A stretch of DNA of 63,948 nucleotides, filler included, from Octopus bimaculoides (lineage: Eukaryota), in assembly GCF_001194135.2 (NCBI RefSeq). It is 5 parts of 5 records of this genome, joined end to end, with 100 filler letters (N's around TTAATTAATTAA, not from the genome) between each part and the next. Parts side by side here need not be neighbours in the genome. Positions count along the whole stretch, not along the records: positions 1 to 26,337 come from NC_068981.1; 4 more parts are not named here. One strand, given 5' to 3'. The number at the start of each line of letters is the position of its first letter. Within the stretch, counting starts at the first letter, position 1. Below the pieces are notes generated by a model. That model had not been told where the DNA came from and did no database searches. It saw nothing but the letters and a program-made list of their open reading frames with translations. The position numbers and the translations under genes were made by a program. Positions 1 through 11,831 of this stretch are shown piece after piece.

Positions 1-47
<47 letters not shown>

Positions 48-1329
48 CTATCTATATATATATATATGCACAATCGCGCGCGCATAGTTTTATTGAAGCA
101 TTGCGACTTGAATGTCAGGCACTAAGATCTTCAGGCGTCAACTATTACATTCTATGTTTGCGAAAGTGGTCTCGTGCTTGATTTTGTTCATTTGTTTGCC
201 GTTATGTGTGTAACAAATGGAGTGAAACCCTAAAGTCTCAAAGCAATTATTTAAAACACGTTTTTTTTTTGTCCATTAAATAACACTCGAATGAGCAAAT
301 AAATTTTCCTTTACTTAGAAGGTAATGAGAATGAGAAGATGAGCAACAGGGAGGCTATCTGCAAGTGATAGTATAAGCAACACAGGAAAAATATTTTTCC
401 AGGTGTGACGTCAATTTTCCGACAGAAAATATATATTCTACTACAAAATTATTTCATCGCCTTAGTAATTGGTAAACAAATATATTCTACACTATTGAGT
501 GTGGAAAGGAATATTGTTAACGCATTCTTGGAATATTTTCCTATATAGATATTTCAATGAACGCGTCGTATCTTTTTTCCAGAGTACTTGTTATTTGTGA
601 TCATTTTCTATAATGGCATGTTTGCTCATGAGCGAATCTGTGATGTGAAACAGAAGTGCAGTAAATAGCAATCGAATACGTGGAAAATATTAAATTATTT
701 GATGCAACCAATGAAGATTCTTGCTTCAAATTTAAAACTGACTTCATTAAGGCAATGTATTAAAATATCACTGCCTTCTTATGATTATAACTATGCTATA
801 GGAATTCTAAGACTACTTATTGCAAAAGTAAACATAGTTGCAGACTACAGGTTTTAATTAAAAGTCATCTGTAGGGATAACTGAATGCCCAGCATCTGAT
901 TTCATGTTGGTAGTGCCTATTGAAGTAAAAATACTCCTTTAGAGACATATAGAATTTTAACGGTTTCTTCTCAAAGACCTCTGCAAGGTTACTCGAGAAA
1001 CTGTCACTTGTAGATATAAAGCTACATAGTAATTTTATATTTATATCAATGTGGGAAAGCATTGATAAGGGAAAGATATGTACAACAGAGTAAATGATTA
1101 CTCGAGGAAGTCATTTCTAAAGATCTGACGTAAATTTTCTCAGGAAAGTATATTCTGTTACAATGTTATATTTGGATTTTATATTTTGTAAGTGTAATTA
1201 TCTCTCTATCAACGGATCAAAGGTCTGCTGAATCAAATCTCACCGGGAACAACCACAACGACAACAAAGATTTGACTCTAGTAGACTTTGTTTTTCACAT
1301 TATATGAGAATTAAACATTCGCATAATCA

Positions 1330-1402
<73 letters not shown>

Positions 1403-1607
1403 TCCTCCCCCTCATTCTCTCTTATGTAGTATTCGTTATATATTTCACAGCCAGAAATTAATTTTAGCTCATTTATACATTAAGTGTAATCTTAATTACA
1501 AAACTTGTTATTAATTAACTACAACTGATATCGTTTGCATTAAAAAACAAAACTAATTTCAGATAATCTCCAATTCTGTGGATATTTACTGTATATAGAT
1601 TTACAAA

Positions 1608-3452
1608 GGTTCTAGATAATTTGACTCCTGGTAATTTCACTCCCGGTATTTTGGCTCCGGTAATTTGCGGCCCTGGCATTTTGACTGCTTGTCAATTCCA
1701 TTCCCACTAATTTCACTCCTAATTTCACTCCTAATTTACAGGTTTACCCGTCTCCCATCCCTATCTCAATCGTTGCTGTTGTGGAAGGATTCCGACCACC
1801 CCCATATGATTATAAGTGAACTGTCACACTTGCTATCAATAAAGAACTGTCGAGCCGTGTCACCTCGTGTAACAGTAAACCTCGTGCGTTCGTATAAATA
1901 CTTCTTTAAATTATTTATTCAACTTACGAGAATATAAAAGTTACTTAAGGAAATATAGATACGACATGCCTCATGTTTTTAACAGTGTCCGCAGAAGGAA
2001 GAATCCTGTGGATGACATGAAATACATATATGAAGCACAGAAACAAAATTCCGATGGATCTAAGACTTACTAGAAATGGGAAATTAAGCCCTGTAAAGCT
2101 CGAGTCCACAACATAACATATGATGAAGATTATACCATAATTAAGCACATTGACGAACATCATCATGGTTTGTGTGCTTCAAAACCCAAACTTCGCAAAA
2201 CTTTAGCGAATCTAAAGGTACAAGCAGCTGTTTCCCAGGAATCTTCTCGTTCATTAATTGAGACTGCTTGTGAAAAGATTGATGAAAATGACAAGGCTTA
2301 CATGCTCTCCTCTTCGAGCGTAAGTCGCAATATTAGGACTAACGTCAAGTAAATGTAAGTGCTTCGCCACTCTCTCAGAATCGATTTGGTTATGAGTTAC
2401 CCGATGAATACAAGTTCCCTGATAGTGGCGAACATTTCTCGCAGTTTGATAATCGTGAAACTGATGTAGACAGACAAATTGTGTTTGCAACTGATAAAGG
2501 GCTTGATGAATTAGTTAATGTAAAACATTGGGCAAGCGATGGAACTTTTAAGTGCTCCCTAATTCTATTTTATCAGTTGTGCATGCTTCATATTCAACTG
2601 GGTTCATTATTAATAAGCTAGATAATGGATTTTAAAAAAAAAGCTCACATTAATAGCATTTTATCTGTTATTCCTAGTGCTTCCATCTCATATTGGCTTT
2701 TTCATCTATCTCAAAATGTGTACAGAAAAGTATGTGAATTTGTCTTTAAAGAAAGATACCATCATGATAATGAGTTTAGCATTAAAATCAGATGCTTTTC
2801 AACGCTGGCTTTTCTTCCATTCGATGATGTGATTGACGGATTCGAATATCTTGCAAATGACGACGATCTTCCACAAGACCTTGTGTCCTACTTGGAATTA
2901 TCGTACATAGGATGTGTGTGCGGTAGAGGAATTAGATAACGAAGTACTTTTCATTTATTTTGTATTGATAGTCGAAATGTCCCCTTTAGTACCGAATCGG
3001 ATATCCCTTGCGCTAATAACCATTTAGAGAGAGATCACAACGCACTACAAAGTGCTTACACTTGCGCACAGCCGAATATATGAAGAATAATTGCTGCATT
3101 AACAAAGGGATAACACTTGGCACAACTGAGAAAGGTTGAATTTGATTAAGTTGAAATCTGTGAGACCAAAAATAAGTATAAAGATATAAACAAACAGCTG
3201 CAGATAATTATAGAGCAATATAGTCCCGAAAATAAGATGGATTTTTTATGAGCAATAGCTCATAACCTTCAGCATTATTGAAGATTTTAGTAATAGTTTT
3301 GTTTACTGTACTTTTTATTTTATCTTCATTCAGCGTTTTATTTTTTTCTAATATCGGGAGTAAAATTACCAGAAAGGAAATTGACTGGCAGTGAAATTAT
3401 CGGAGTCAAAATACTGGGAATGAAATGATCAGAAGACAAATTACCGGTTACC
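1608..3452 (+). mobile_element. Full-length, decayed Mutator-like (MULE, Phantom-like) DNA transposon
   Basis: About 70-bp imperfect TIRs (GGTTCTAGATAATTTGACTCCTGGTAATTTCACTCCC vs reverse complement of the right end GGTAACCGGTAATTTGTCTTCTGATCATTTCATTCCC) built of ~15-bp subrepeats; 9-bp TSD ATTTACAAA (1599-1607) / ATTTACAAG (3453-3461); internal transposase remnant. Confidence 0.9.
1966..3281 (+). pseudogene. MULE transposase pseudogene with N-terminal FLYWCH-type zinc finger and DDE domain
   Basis: Y.Y..QK.NSDGSKTY*KW...CKARVH...IIK..DEHHH (FLYWCH-like); WASDGTFKCSP.LFYQL at ~2530; WLFHLSQNVYRK; YLELSYIG; NNHLERDHN; several stops and frameshifts. Confidence 0.88.
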
Positions 3453-4929
3453 ATTTACAAGTTCTTGAAGAATCTCAAATAGTTGATTACAAGATGAGAT
3501 ATTTTGATTGCAAAAATATGGTTATATTTTTAGGCGTACTCAATAATTTTAAAATGCCCCCCCCCCACAAAAAAAAAACACTTGGTACTGATAGCAATGC
3601 TACTTTGCAACTGCAAGAAATATATTTAACTCTTTAAAAGCCAAATTCGATGAATTTATAAATAATTCTGTGCATTAGAGAGTATTGCAAATTGCTCTCA
3701 AGAAAACGCTCTCTAATTACCGAGCAGTTTGCTGGAGAAAGTGTCAAATTCAAGAGAAAATTTTAACTAAAAATAGGTAACATGAAGCAGTACCAGTACA
3801 GATCGCAGAACAAGAATTTCAATCATCTCGTAATCTTCTTGTTTAGATCCATATATTGGTTCGTAGTGCGATAACTGCTACACAATTACAAATTTCCAGT
3901 TAAACTTTTCAAGTATAGACATCTAGCCTGAAGCAAATAGATTTTTAAAAGGATTGATGTTATCGTTATCATCCAATAGTTCCCTCCTTCCACTGTTTAT
4001 CAACTCACAGGCAGAACCTTACACTTTCACAGACAGAAATTATTTATAGGTAATCTACAGTTTAAATAAAGATCTAAATTACAAACATTGTCATTAATTA
4101 ACTTCAATTGATATTATCGGCATTACATAACCAAATTAATTGTAGATAATCTCTAATTTCTAATTTCATTAGAAAATAAATGTACGTACTAGATCATTGG
4201 CATTTAATGAAATCGTGAAGTAAATGCGAGCACGCACACATATACACACATACACACTCTCAAGTGGGCGCGCACGTACACGTATACATGACTCCATCCC
4301 TACACACATCAACGAGAAACTAACATAGTTATCTGCGAAAACATATCAACTCTCTAAGTCAATTTGGGATATCTAAGGAAGTGTTTGTTTTGCCTTTGCT
4401 CTCAACTTCAATAAAGTTTTGTTAAAGTCGAATGAATCTCACAAGGCATAGTTGAGCAGCAGACGTCGTCACATTTATTAAGTTTTTAATTACAGAATAT
4501 TAGATATTTTGATCCCAAACTTCAGTATATCTAATTAATATATTAAATGTAAAATACAAATATATAAGCAACGAGCATATATTTTATTTCGTGAGAGCAC
4601 CAAGTTATGGAGCGATGATGGTGGTGATGATGATGATGATGATGATCATGATCATGATCATGATGTTGTTGTTGGTGGTGGTGGTGATGATGACGATGAT
4701 AATGACGATAATGATGATTTTTAGTGATAGCAAATAGTAATTAATACTACATTATATAATAATAATACGAGAATTAGGATGAAATAAACATGATAATTAC
4801 ATTGGTAAGCACCATGAAACATTCTCAATAAAACGTCCCAGAGTAAACATCTTGAAAAAATAGAAAGCAGAAGGCTTGTGAATTGGGAATAAGAAGACTT
4901 ATCAAAATATAATTTTCAACCGTATGTAC

Positions 4930-5200
4930 AACCAATAACATGAATATCAATATGAAAATAATATCAGGTCTTACAATTTGTCTCACACTTTCCATTGTAC
5001 TTCAAAAGTAGCTCGGTTGGACAAATCACACATTTAGCGGCAGATGTTGCCACATCAGTAACACTGTTCGTAAAGGAAACTTTCTGCATGACACACACGT
5101 GTAATCTTTACAATCACTACTCATTACTTACTACACACACGCAGTACTTATATGAATTCATCAACATATCATATAACACACTCCACACAAGCCTTATTCG
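4930..5200 (-). pseudogene. Decayed furin-like cysteine-rich repeat coding remnant
   Basis: Minus-strand frames give NKACVEC..*YVD, SDCKDYTCVSCRK, LYEQCY and AAKCVICPTELLLKYNGKCETNCKT*YY, i.e. C-x2-C...L..NG.C...C..GYY spacing, broken by stops and frameshifts. Confidence 0.4.
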
Positions 5201-5324
5201 ATATATTCAGCAATTGGTGCTATAATAAAACTTGAACACTTGATATATTATAAAAGGTATCGTATAACAATAGAGGACATTCAAAAATATGATATTTTGA
5301 AAGAATCCTTAAACTCGCTGGTAG

Positions 5325-5470
5325 AACGCCTCGTTGCGTTCTTTCTAGTGCTCTGCTTCCTGATTTCAAATCATCCTTTTGTTTCCATGATCGATAAATG
5401 AGATACCCACCGAATACTGGTGTCGCTTTTTCTCTCCCTCTATTTTCCTTTGGTTCATACCTGAAATTTA
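5325..5470 (+). mobile_element. Degenerate tRNA-derived SINE
   Basis: gctggtagaa...ttcaaatc...tcgataaatgagatacc...tactggtgtcg matches the same family as 6358-6495. Confidence 0.55.
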
Positions 5471-5599
5471 AAGGACTAATCTTTTTCGGTAATATGGCCT
5501 GAGAGATGGGTTAAAGTGTGCAAGTGTGTGTTGAAAAATTTTTAAACGTTTATTTCACGAGTGGAAATACAGTTGGTCAGATGCAATACATATCAGTGA

Positions 5600-5900
5600 G
5601 ACAACAGAGACTCCATCAGTGCAAGTCACAAGGCGCATACACTCCCTACATGACTGTTTAAACTTGTTTAATGTTAATTACGGAATTCTCCGTCGATAAA
5701 TTAAGTAGACGGAGAAATTTTGTATTAGGTTTCTGATCCCACTATTGAAGCAAAAAAGTCAGATATAATTATAGCGAACAAAATAAACAGTGTGAAGTCA
5801 TAGACACAACCGGAATGAAGCAGAATGGCACCAAGTGAGAAGGATGACAATCGAAATAACGAGAAAGACCTTACTGTCGAGTTTCTGGAATAATTTTGGC
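5600..5900 (+). mobile_element. R4/Dong-like LINE 3' fragment (restriction-like endonuclease region)
   Basis: D..IEAKKSDIIIANK parallels IDAKRSDIVEVDK of the long element at ~11050. Confidence 0.5.
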
Positions 5901-6357
5901 AAGATATATATGAACGTGTGAGGAATATATTGCTTTCTACATGCGTATTTTAGATCGATACTTTCCCTCATCTCTAAATAGGAATTATAATATAGAATTA
6001 GATATTACAATATACCCAGACAAAATTTACAGGGCAAGCAGTCGGATCTAAATGCATTTTAGAGCTAAATATATTGACATATTTAAGGAACATTTGCGTC
6101 AAGAACCTTTAAATTATTTAGTAATCGAAAAAGAAAATTAAAAATAAAAGTAACGCATGTAATTGCTAAAAAAGAACTAACAAGGGTATATCTAGACAAA
6201 TAATTCGTACAAAAAATACAAAACGAAGTAGAACGATATCAGAATGTAAATAAAAGCGAAAGTGAAGAAAATTTGCGAATAAAAAATTGCATTGCTGCAA
6301 ATAATGACCTCAGTAATCTGAAGGTAGAAATTATTTAATAGTTAAATGTATTTTAAA

Positions 6358-6495
6358 ATCTTGGCACAGTTTTCGACAGGAGGAGAAAGTCCATAACATC
6401 TACCCTGGTACTTATTTAGACAACCTCTAAAGGTTGAGAGGCAAAGTCACCTTCAGTGGAATTTGAACTCAGAACGTAAATAGCGGGAATAGCTA
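6358..6495 (-). mobile_element. tRNA-derived SINE
   Basis: Reverse complement contains a B-box-like GAGTTCAAATTCC followed by ...GACTTTGCCT...AAATAAGTACCAG...TGTGCCAAGA body. Further decayed copies at about 16380-16535, 21160-21290, 31985-32115 and 47920-48065. Confidence 0.7.
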
Positions 6496-6519
6496 CAAAT
6501 AATGAAAGACCTTCTTGTG

Positions 6520-7400
6520 AACCGATGGAAACAATCTCCAGAGATGAAATCTCTAATAAAATATTCTGTGAAAACGAAAAAAAATGGACTAGAACTTCTC
6601 CATCACTGATTTTTGCTAAAGAAACACGAGCATCAATACCACCAGACTCATCGAAATAAAATATACAGCAACCACAATAGTTACAAAGAAAAGTGGATAC
6701 TCTCTGACATATGATAGCAAAGTAATATCAAACTCCAGTAAACAACGAACGTGGAAAACGAATGTATAGAAAAAAGATGGAAGATTGAATAGTTCTCAAT
6801 CCCTCGTAAAATCAATAACACAACGTCATAACTGATTACAGAAAAGATAAATGCCATAGAATCATAAAAACAAACCCACCCCAATGAAGCAAACAGAAAC
6901 GAAGTATCAGTAATAAAAGATTACTTGAAACATGAGATCGTTAAATCGCAAAGAAATCTGTTGGTATGAAAATCGACAACGATTCCTTCAGGAGATACAC
7001 ACTTTCGACACGAACTCAAACTAATAGTTCAAGCACTTGGTAAAAATAAATGTAAAGTAACGCAACAACAACAAAAATGTTTGTGGTGAGTGGTAAAGGC
7101 AGCAAAGAAATCATCATACACGAGAGTGTTCAAAACAACTAACACAACACCAGAATAATCTTATGAGGGAAGGCCAACAAACGAATTAGTGCAAACACAG
7201 CAGAAAATGAATATTAAAAAAATAAAAATGAAATAAAAAATGGAAAGTACCAGGACACGATAGAATTCAGAGCTTCCGGAGAAATCCATGCAATGTAATA
7301 CAAAGATGGTTTTGGGGATATTGAGTTGGACAAAATATCTAACGGTTTGAAACACTAATATGACATGAAGAACAAATCATAAAACACTACAGATAAATAG
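6520..7400 (+). mobile_element. Highly decayed R4/Dong-like LINE fragment (pre-RT region)
   Basis: R..WYENRQRFLQ and KKWKVPGHDRIQ motifs correspond to the RxxRY...F and WK.PGPDG motifs of the 8617-11520 element. Confidence 0.55.
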
Positions 7401-7499
7401 AATCTGACAAAATGTTTAGAGACATTTCTTCCATCTTTACATTCTTTACATTCTCTAAATTCTCAGACACTACTAAGATAAGTTACGTGTCTTAGTGGT

Positions 7500-8300
7500 C
7501 AAAATCTCTGTGTGATTTGTAATATTTCCAAGAGAACCCTTCTGAGGTTTCCTCTTTTCTTGTAAAATATTTTTGAGTTTTTACTATTATTTAACTTCCT
7601 TCATACAACCCCAAACTTACTCGTCATATGTTCGATTTTACCGTTCTGTATTGTTTTTCATGTTTCCTTAAGATCAATAAACAATCCCCTCTCTATAAGT
7701 CTATTTAGGCCGACAGTATAGATCACAAACTTGCAGCCTGTGTAGCTTATGATATTAAAACGAGGACAGCTTTGCTTTCGCTATCAACTGCCCTACAGAA
7801 TACTCTCTCTAGATACGATATGCATCACCCAATGCAGCTTGTTAATGTTAACAATGGTATGTTCAAGAAATACAGGGGTACATGTTATGGAGTAGACATT
7901 TGAGTTAGTTTGTGAGACCTTTGTAAATTGCTCTCTATATCGGTTAAGCCGACAAATTTCGGCTCTGAATCCAAGATGCCATTCCAAGCAACCACAAACG
8001 CACAAGAACAGGAAATTGTCATGAAATACCATTGATGGTTGAAGGAAACTCTTGCCTCCATCTGTTGGAATGTGAATGACTAATAGTGGAAGTTGTGACC
8101 TTTAATGTTAGCACTAGTGACTTAACAATTTGTGCCAAAGATGAGAGTCCGCTTTCTTCTCCGCAAACATATTTCCTACATGCATTATCCATTCGAGCGT
8201 GGCTATTTCTGCTTGTTGGTTTTTAATCGACACATATTTGTAAGCAATTGTTCATCTAACAATCACTTCCATACATTTTTGAGGCTCCTGTAACATAACA
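7500..8300 (-). mobile_element. Possible decayed Penelope-like element (GIY-YIG region)
   Basis: Minus frame TNSNVYSITC...INKLHWVMH resembles the SNVIY.ITC..C...YVG.T...L..RM..H motif; heavily mutated. Confidence 0.3.
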
Positions 8301-8398
8301 CTTTGCTCACAGATTTTTACTAGACACCCAGCATATTTTTTAATTGGTTTATTTGTTTGTAATTGACACCTGGATAATATTTGTTGCCACCAACAACT

Positions 8399-8399
<1 letters not shown>

Positions 8400-8478
<79 letters not shown>

Positions 8479-8494
8479 AATAATAATAATAATG

Positions 8495-8570
<76 letters not shown>

Positions 8571-8616
8571 AGATGATGATGATGATGATGATGATTATGA
8601 TGATAATAATAATAAA
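8400..8616. repeat. Compound microsatellite (ATT)n-(AAT)n-(GAT)n
   Basis: Direct reading; the (ATT)n and (AAT)n halves are mutually complementary. Confidence 0.97.
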
Positions 8617-11520
8617 TAGAGGAAAAATAAATGGATTTAGGAAAGTAGATAAATATTTGCGTAGCGAGTGGACCCTTAAGGTGAATAAAATACTGAAAGA
8701 AACCAAAACAAATAGTATAACCGGAACGAATAGATTGATTAAAGCCTTTATCATCTATATAGGAAATAAAGTAGGCCTCGAACCACACTGTAAATATGGG
8801 ACTGAAGAAAAATAGCCTTGGTGGAAAAGAAGAATAAAACAATGAATGATCGAACTACGAAAACATATCAACATCTTGGAAAGAAAGAAAAAAATGAAAT
8901 CAAGAGAGAGGCGAAATATCAGGAACTTGAACATAGATATAGGATAAAGAAAAAGGGGCTAAGCGTAGTTCTTTAAGAGCCGAAACAAAGATTGCAGGCT
9001 AAAGCGACAAAGATCAAGAGTTATGACCAAATAATTGAACAATATAAAATCAAAAGATTGTTCCAACAAGACCAGGAAAGGATTTATCAACGGCTGAATG
9101 GAAAGGTTAACACTAGTGAGAGACCAGACGTTGAAGAAAGTAAAAGGTTTTGGAGTATCATATGGGATAATAGAAGGAAGCATAACAAAAATGTTAAATT
9201 GTTGAAGGACTTAAGATCGGAAAAATATGAAGTGAAACAGCAATATTAAAATAACAACTGAAATGGTAACCGAACAGAGAGCAAAGATCCCGAACCGAAG
9301 ATGCCCAGGACCGGATGGGGTACAAGATTATTGGCTGAAAAATTTCCCAGCACTAACAGAAAAATACCTACACAAATGGATAAAATGATCAAGAACAGCG
9401 TACAAATCCCAAAATGGCTGACCACAGGTAAAACAATTCTTTGCCAGGAAAAGCAATACAGCGAATAATTACCGGCCCGTCACCTGTCTGCCCCTGATGT
9501 GGAAGCTGATGACAGAAATAATATCTAAGTATGTGTATAACTTTCTGGAAATGAATGACAAACTACCAGTGTAACAGAAAGGGTGCAGAGGGAAAAACCG
9601 AGGGACAAAAAACTAACTTCTGGTTGACAAATGGTACTGAACGATTACAAGCAAAGACTTACTCATCAGAGCATGGCGTGGACCAGTTATCAGAAAGTGT
9701 ATGATATGGTCCCCGCACTCCTGGATTTTAGAAGGTCTAGACCTGGTACAACTGTCTGAAACTGGAATACAGACTTAAACTTACGTGAAAACTTTTGGTG
9801 AGGGTTGCCATCAAAAGAGGTATACTTCAAGGAGAAAGCCTGCCCCATTGCGGCTTATGATTTGTGTGATACTCCTCACACAGATACTACGGAAAGTGAC
9901 ATTGGAGTACACCTTGGAAAGTGGAGGAAAATTATATTATCTGTTATCTACGGATGATTTAAAATCTTTGGAAAGACCGAAGGTGAAATATAAATGGCCT
10001 AGTCTCAACAGTGTAGATATTCGGTAAGGATATCGCAATGAAGTGTGGGACTAAAAAGTGTGGTATGCTTATAATACAAAGAGGCAACATAGTATCTTCT
10101 GATGGTGTAGAGCTACCCAACGGCGAGAAAATCGAGGATATTGAGACTAATGGATATAAATATCTGGAGATTTTAGAATACGACAAAATCAAGGTAAGTG
10201 AAATGAAAGAAAGCTTTAAGTGAGAATATCCCAGAAGAACCCGGTTAATTATGGGAAGTAGACTCAATAGAAAAAAAACAAAACAAAACCAGGGCAATGA
10301 ACACATAGGCTTTTTCCTTAACGTGATACGGCGTAGGTCTTGTTAGGTGGACAAAGAAGGAGCTTGAGGAAATGAATAGGAAAACTAGAAAAGTGATGAC
10401 AAGTAACTAGACCCCAAAAGTGATACTGACAGACTGTATGGGTGGAATAGGTCTCAAAGGATGCAAGATCTGCTTGTTTAACAAGAAGAAGAGTTTGGGA
10501 CGGTACATGAGACAATAGGGTGAAACTTGCGTGCTGCTGTTAGAATTAACAATATAATAGCTGCCAAAAATGTGATGCACCTTCGAACATTTAAGAAACA
10601 AGATGAAGAAGAAAGAGGCAAACTTCTGGAAAATGAAACCACTGCATGAGCAACACCTCAAAAAATCGAAGGAAGAGACATGATCAACACTTAGAGATGG
10701 CTAAGAGGAAATGATATGTATATCAATGCACTAAGGCATTGATATACAGCGCCCAGAAACAAACTCTAAGAACTAATTACACCAAGATCCAAATAGATAA
10801 GTGTAACGTATCGTAGGATGTGTGGCGGCAGAAACGAAACAATCTCACATATTGTGAGTGAGTGTAGTTAGCTGGCCCAAAAGCACTACCTAAAGGAGGC
10901 ACGATAACATGGCTTACTTCGTTCAGGCAATGTGAAAAGTACGGCCTCAACAGAACACGGTAATAGTACGAACATGAACCAGAAGGTGTCCCTGAGAACA
11001 AGGAACATAAGATACTGTGAAATTTTACAATCCAATGCAACTCTCTAATCGATGCTAAGAGATCAGATATTGTTGAGGTAGATAAAGGAGAAAAAGAAAC
11101 CAAGATTGTAGATATTGCAATACTTGGAGATGCGCTCTTAAGTGACAAAGAACCGGAAAGATTGAATAGTAGAGATTACTAACAAACAACATTGCAAGAA
11201 TATGGACTATGAGAAGAGTGTCTGTCATTCTAATAGTTTTAGGGATACTCAAGACACTAACAACTAAGTTCGAGAAATATGTCAAAGAAATCGAAATTGA
11301 CATGAGAACGGAGCAAGCCCAAAAACTGCTCTGTTGGGGAGAGCTAGAATTTTGAGATTGGTACTTGGATGTTAAATATCTCCCTCGATAATTAACAACC
11401 AAGTATCAAAGCTTATAATGTGCGGAAAGAGACCCTGTAAGACGTCTGGTAGCAGGCTGCTGTCCGCTCTCACAGACTCTACCAGAACAAGCAATACCGA
11501 ATGTTCTGAGAAGCAAAGCG
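8617..11520 (+). mobile_element. 5'-truncated R4/Dong-clade non-LTR retrotransposon (RT, CCHC finger, restriction-like endonuclease), pseudogenised
   Basis: PWWKRRI; CPGPDGVQDYWLKNF; NYRPVTCLPLMWK; QKGCRG; YDMVPHSWI; LL.TDDLK (GATGAT 9953-58); GYKYLEILE; CRMCGGRNETISHIVSEC; AKRSDIV..D...IVDIAI; ends LLGRARILRLVLGC* then a 3' UTR; flanked on both sides by (TAA)n, the known Dong target. Confidence 0.93.

Positions 11521-11611
<91 letters not shown>
11521..11611. repeat. (AAT)n microsatellite: Dong target or tail
   Basis: Direct reading. Confidence 0.97.
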
Positions 11612-11612
<1 letters not shown>

Positions 11613-11790
11613 CTATACAATACTATAACGAACCGCGTCCGTCTGTTTGTCACACTTTCCTTCAGTATTAAGATACAAATTCAAGTAGTTAATTACATAG
11701 GAAGAAATTCAAGCAGTTGACTTGCAAGAATCGTATCACTTATACTAATATTAAATAATTCTATTTAAATGGAAGAGAAAGAGAACGAGT

Positions 11791-11831
<41 letters not shown>

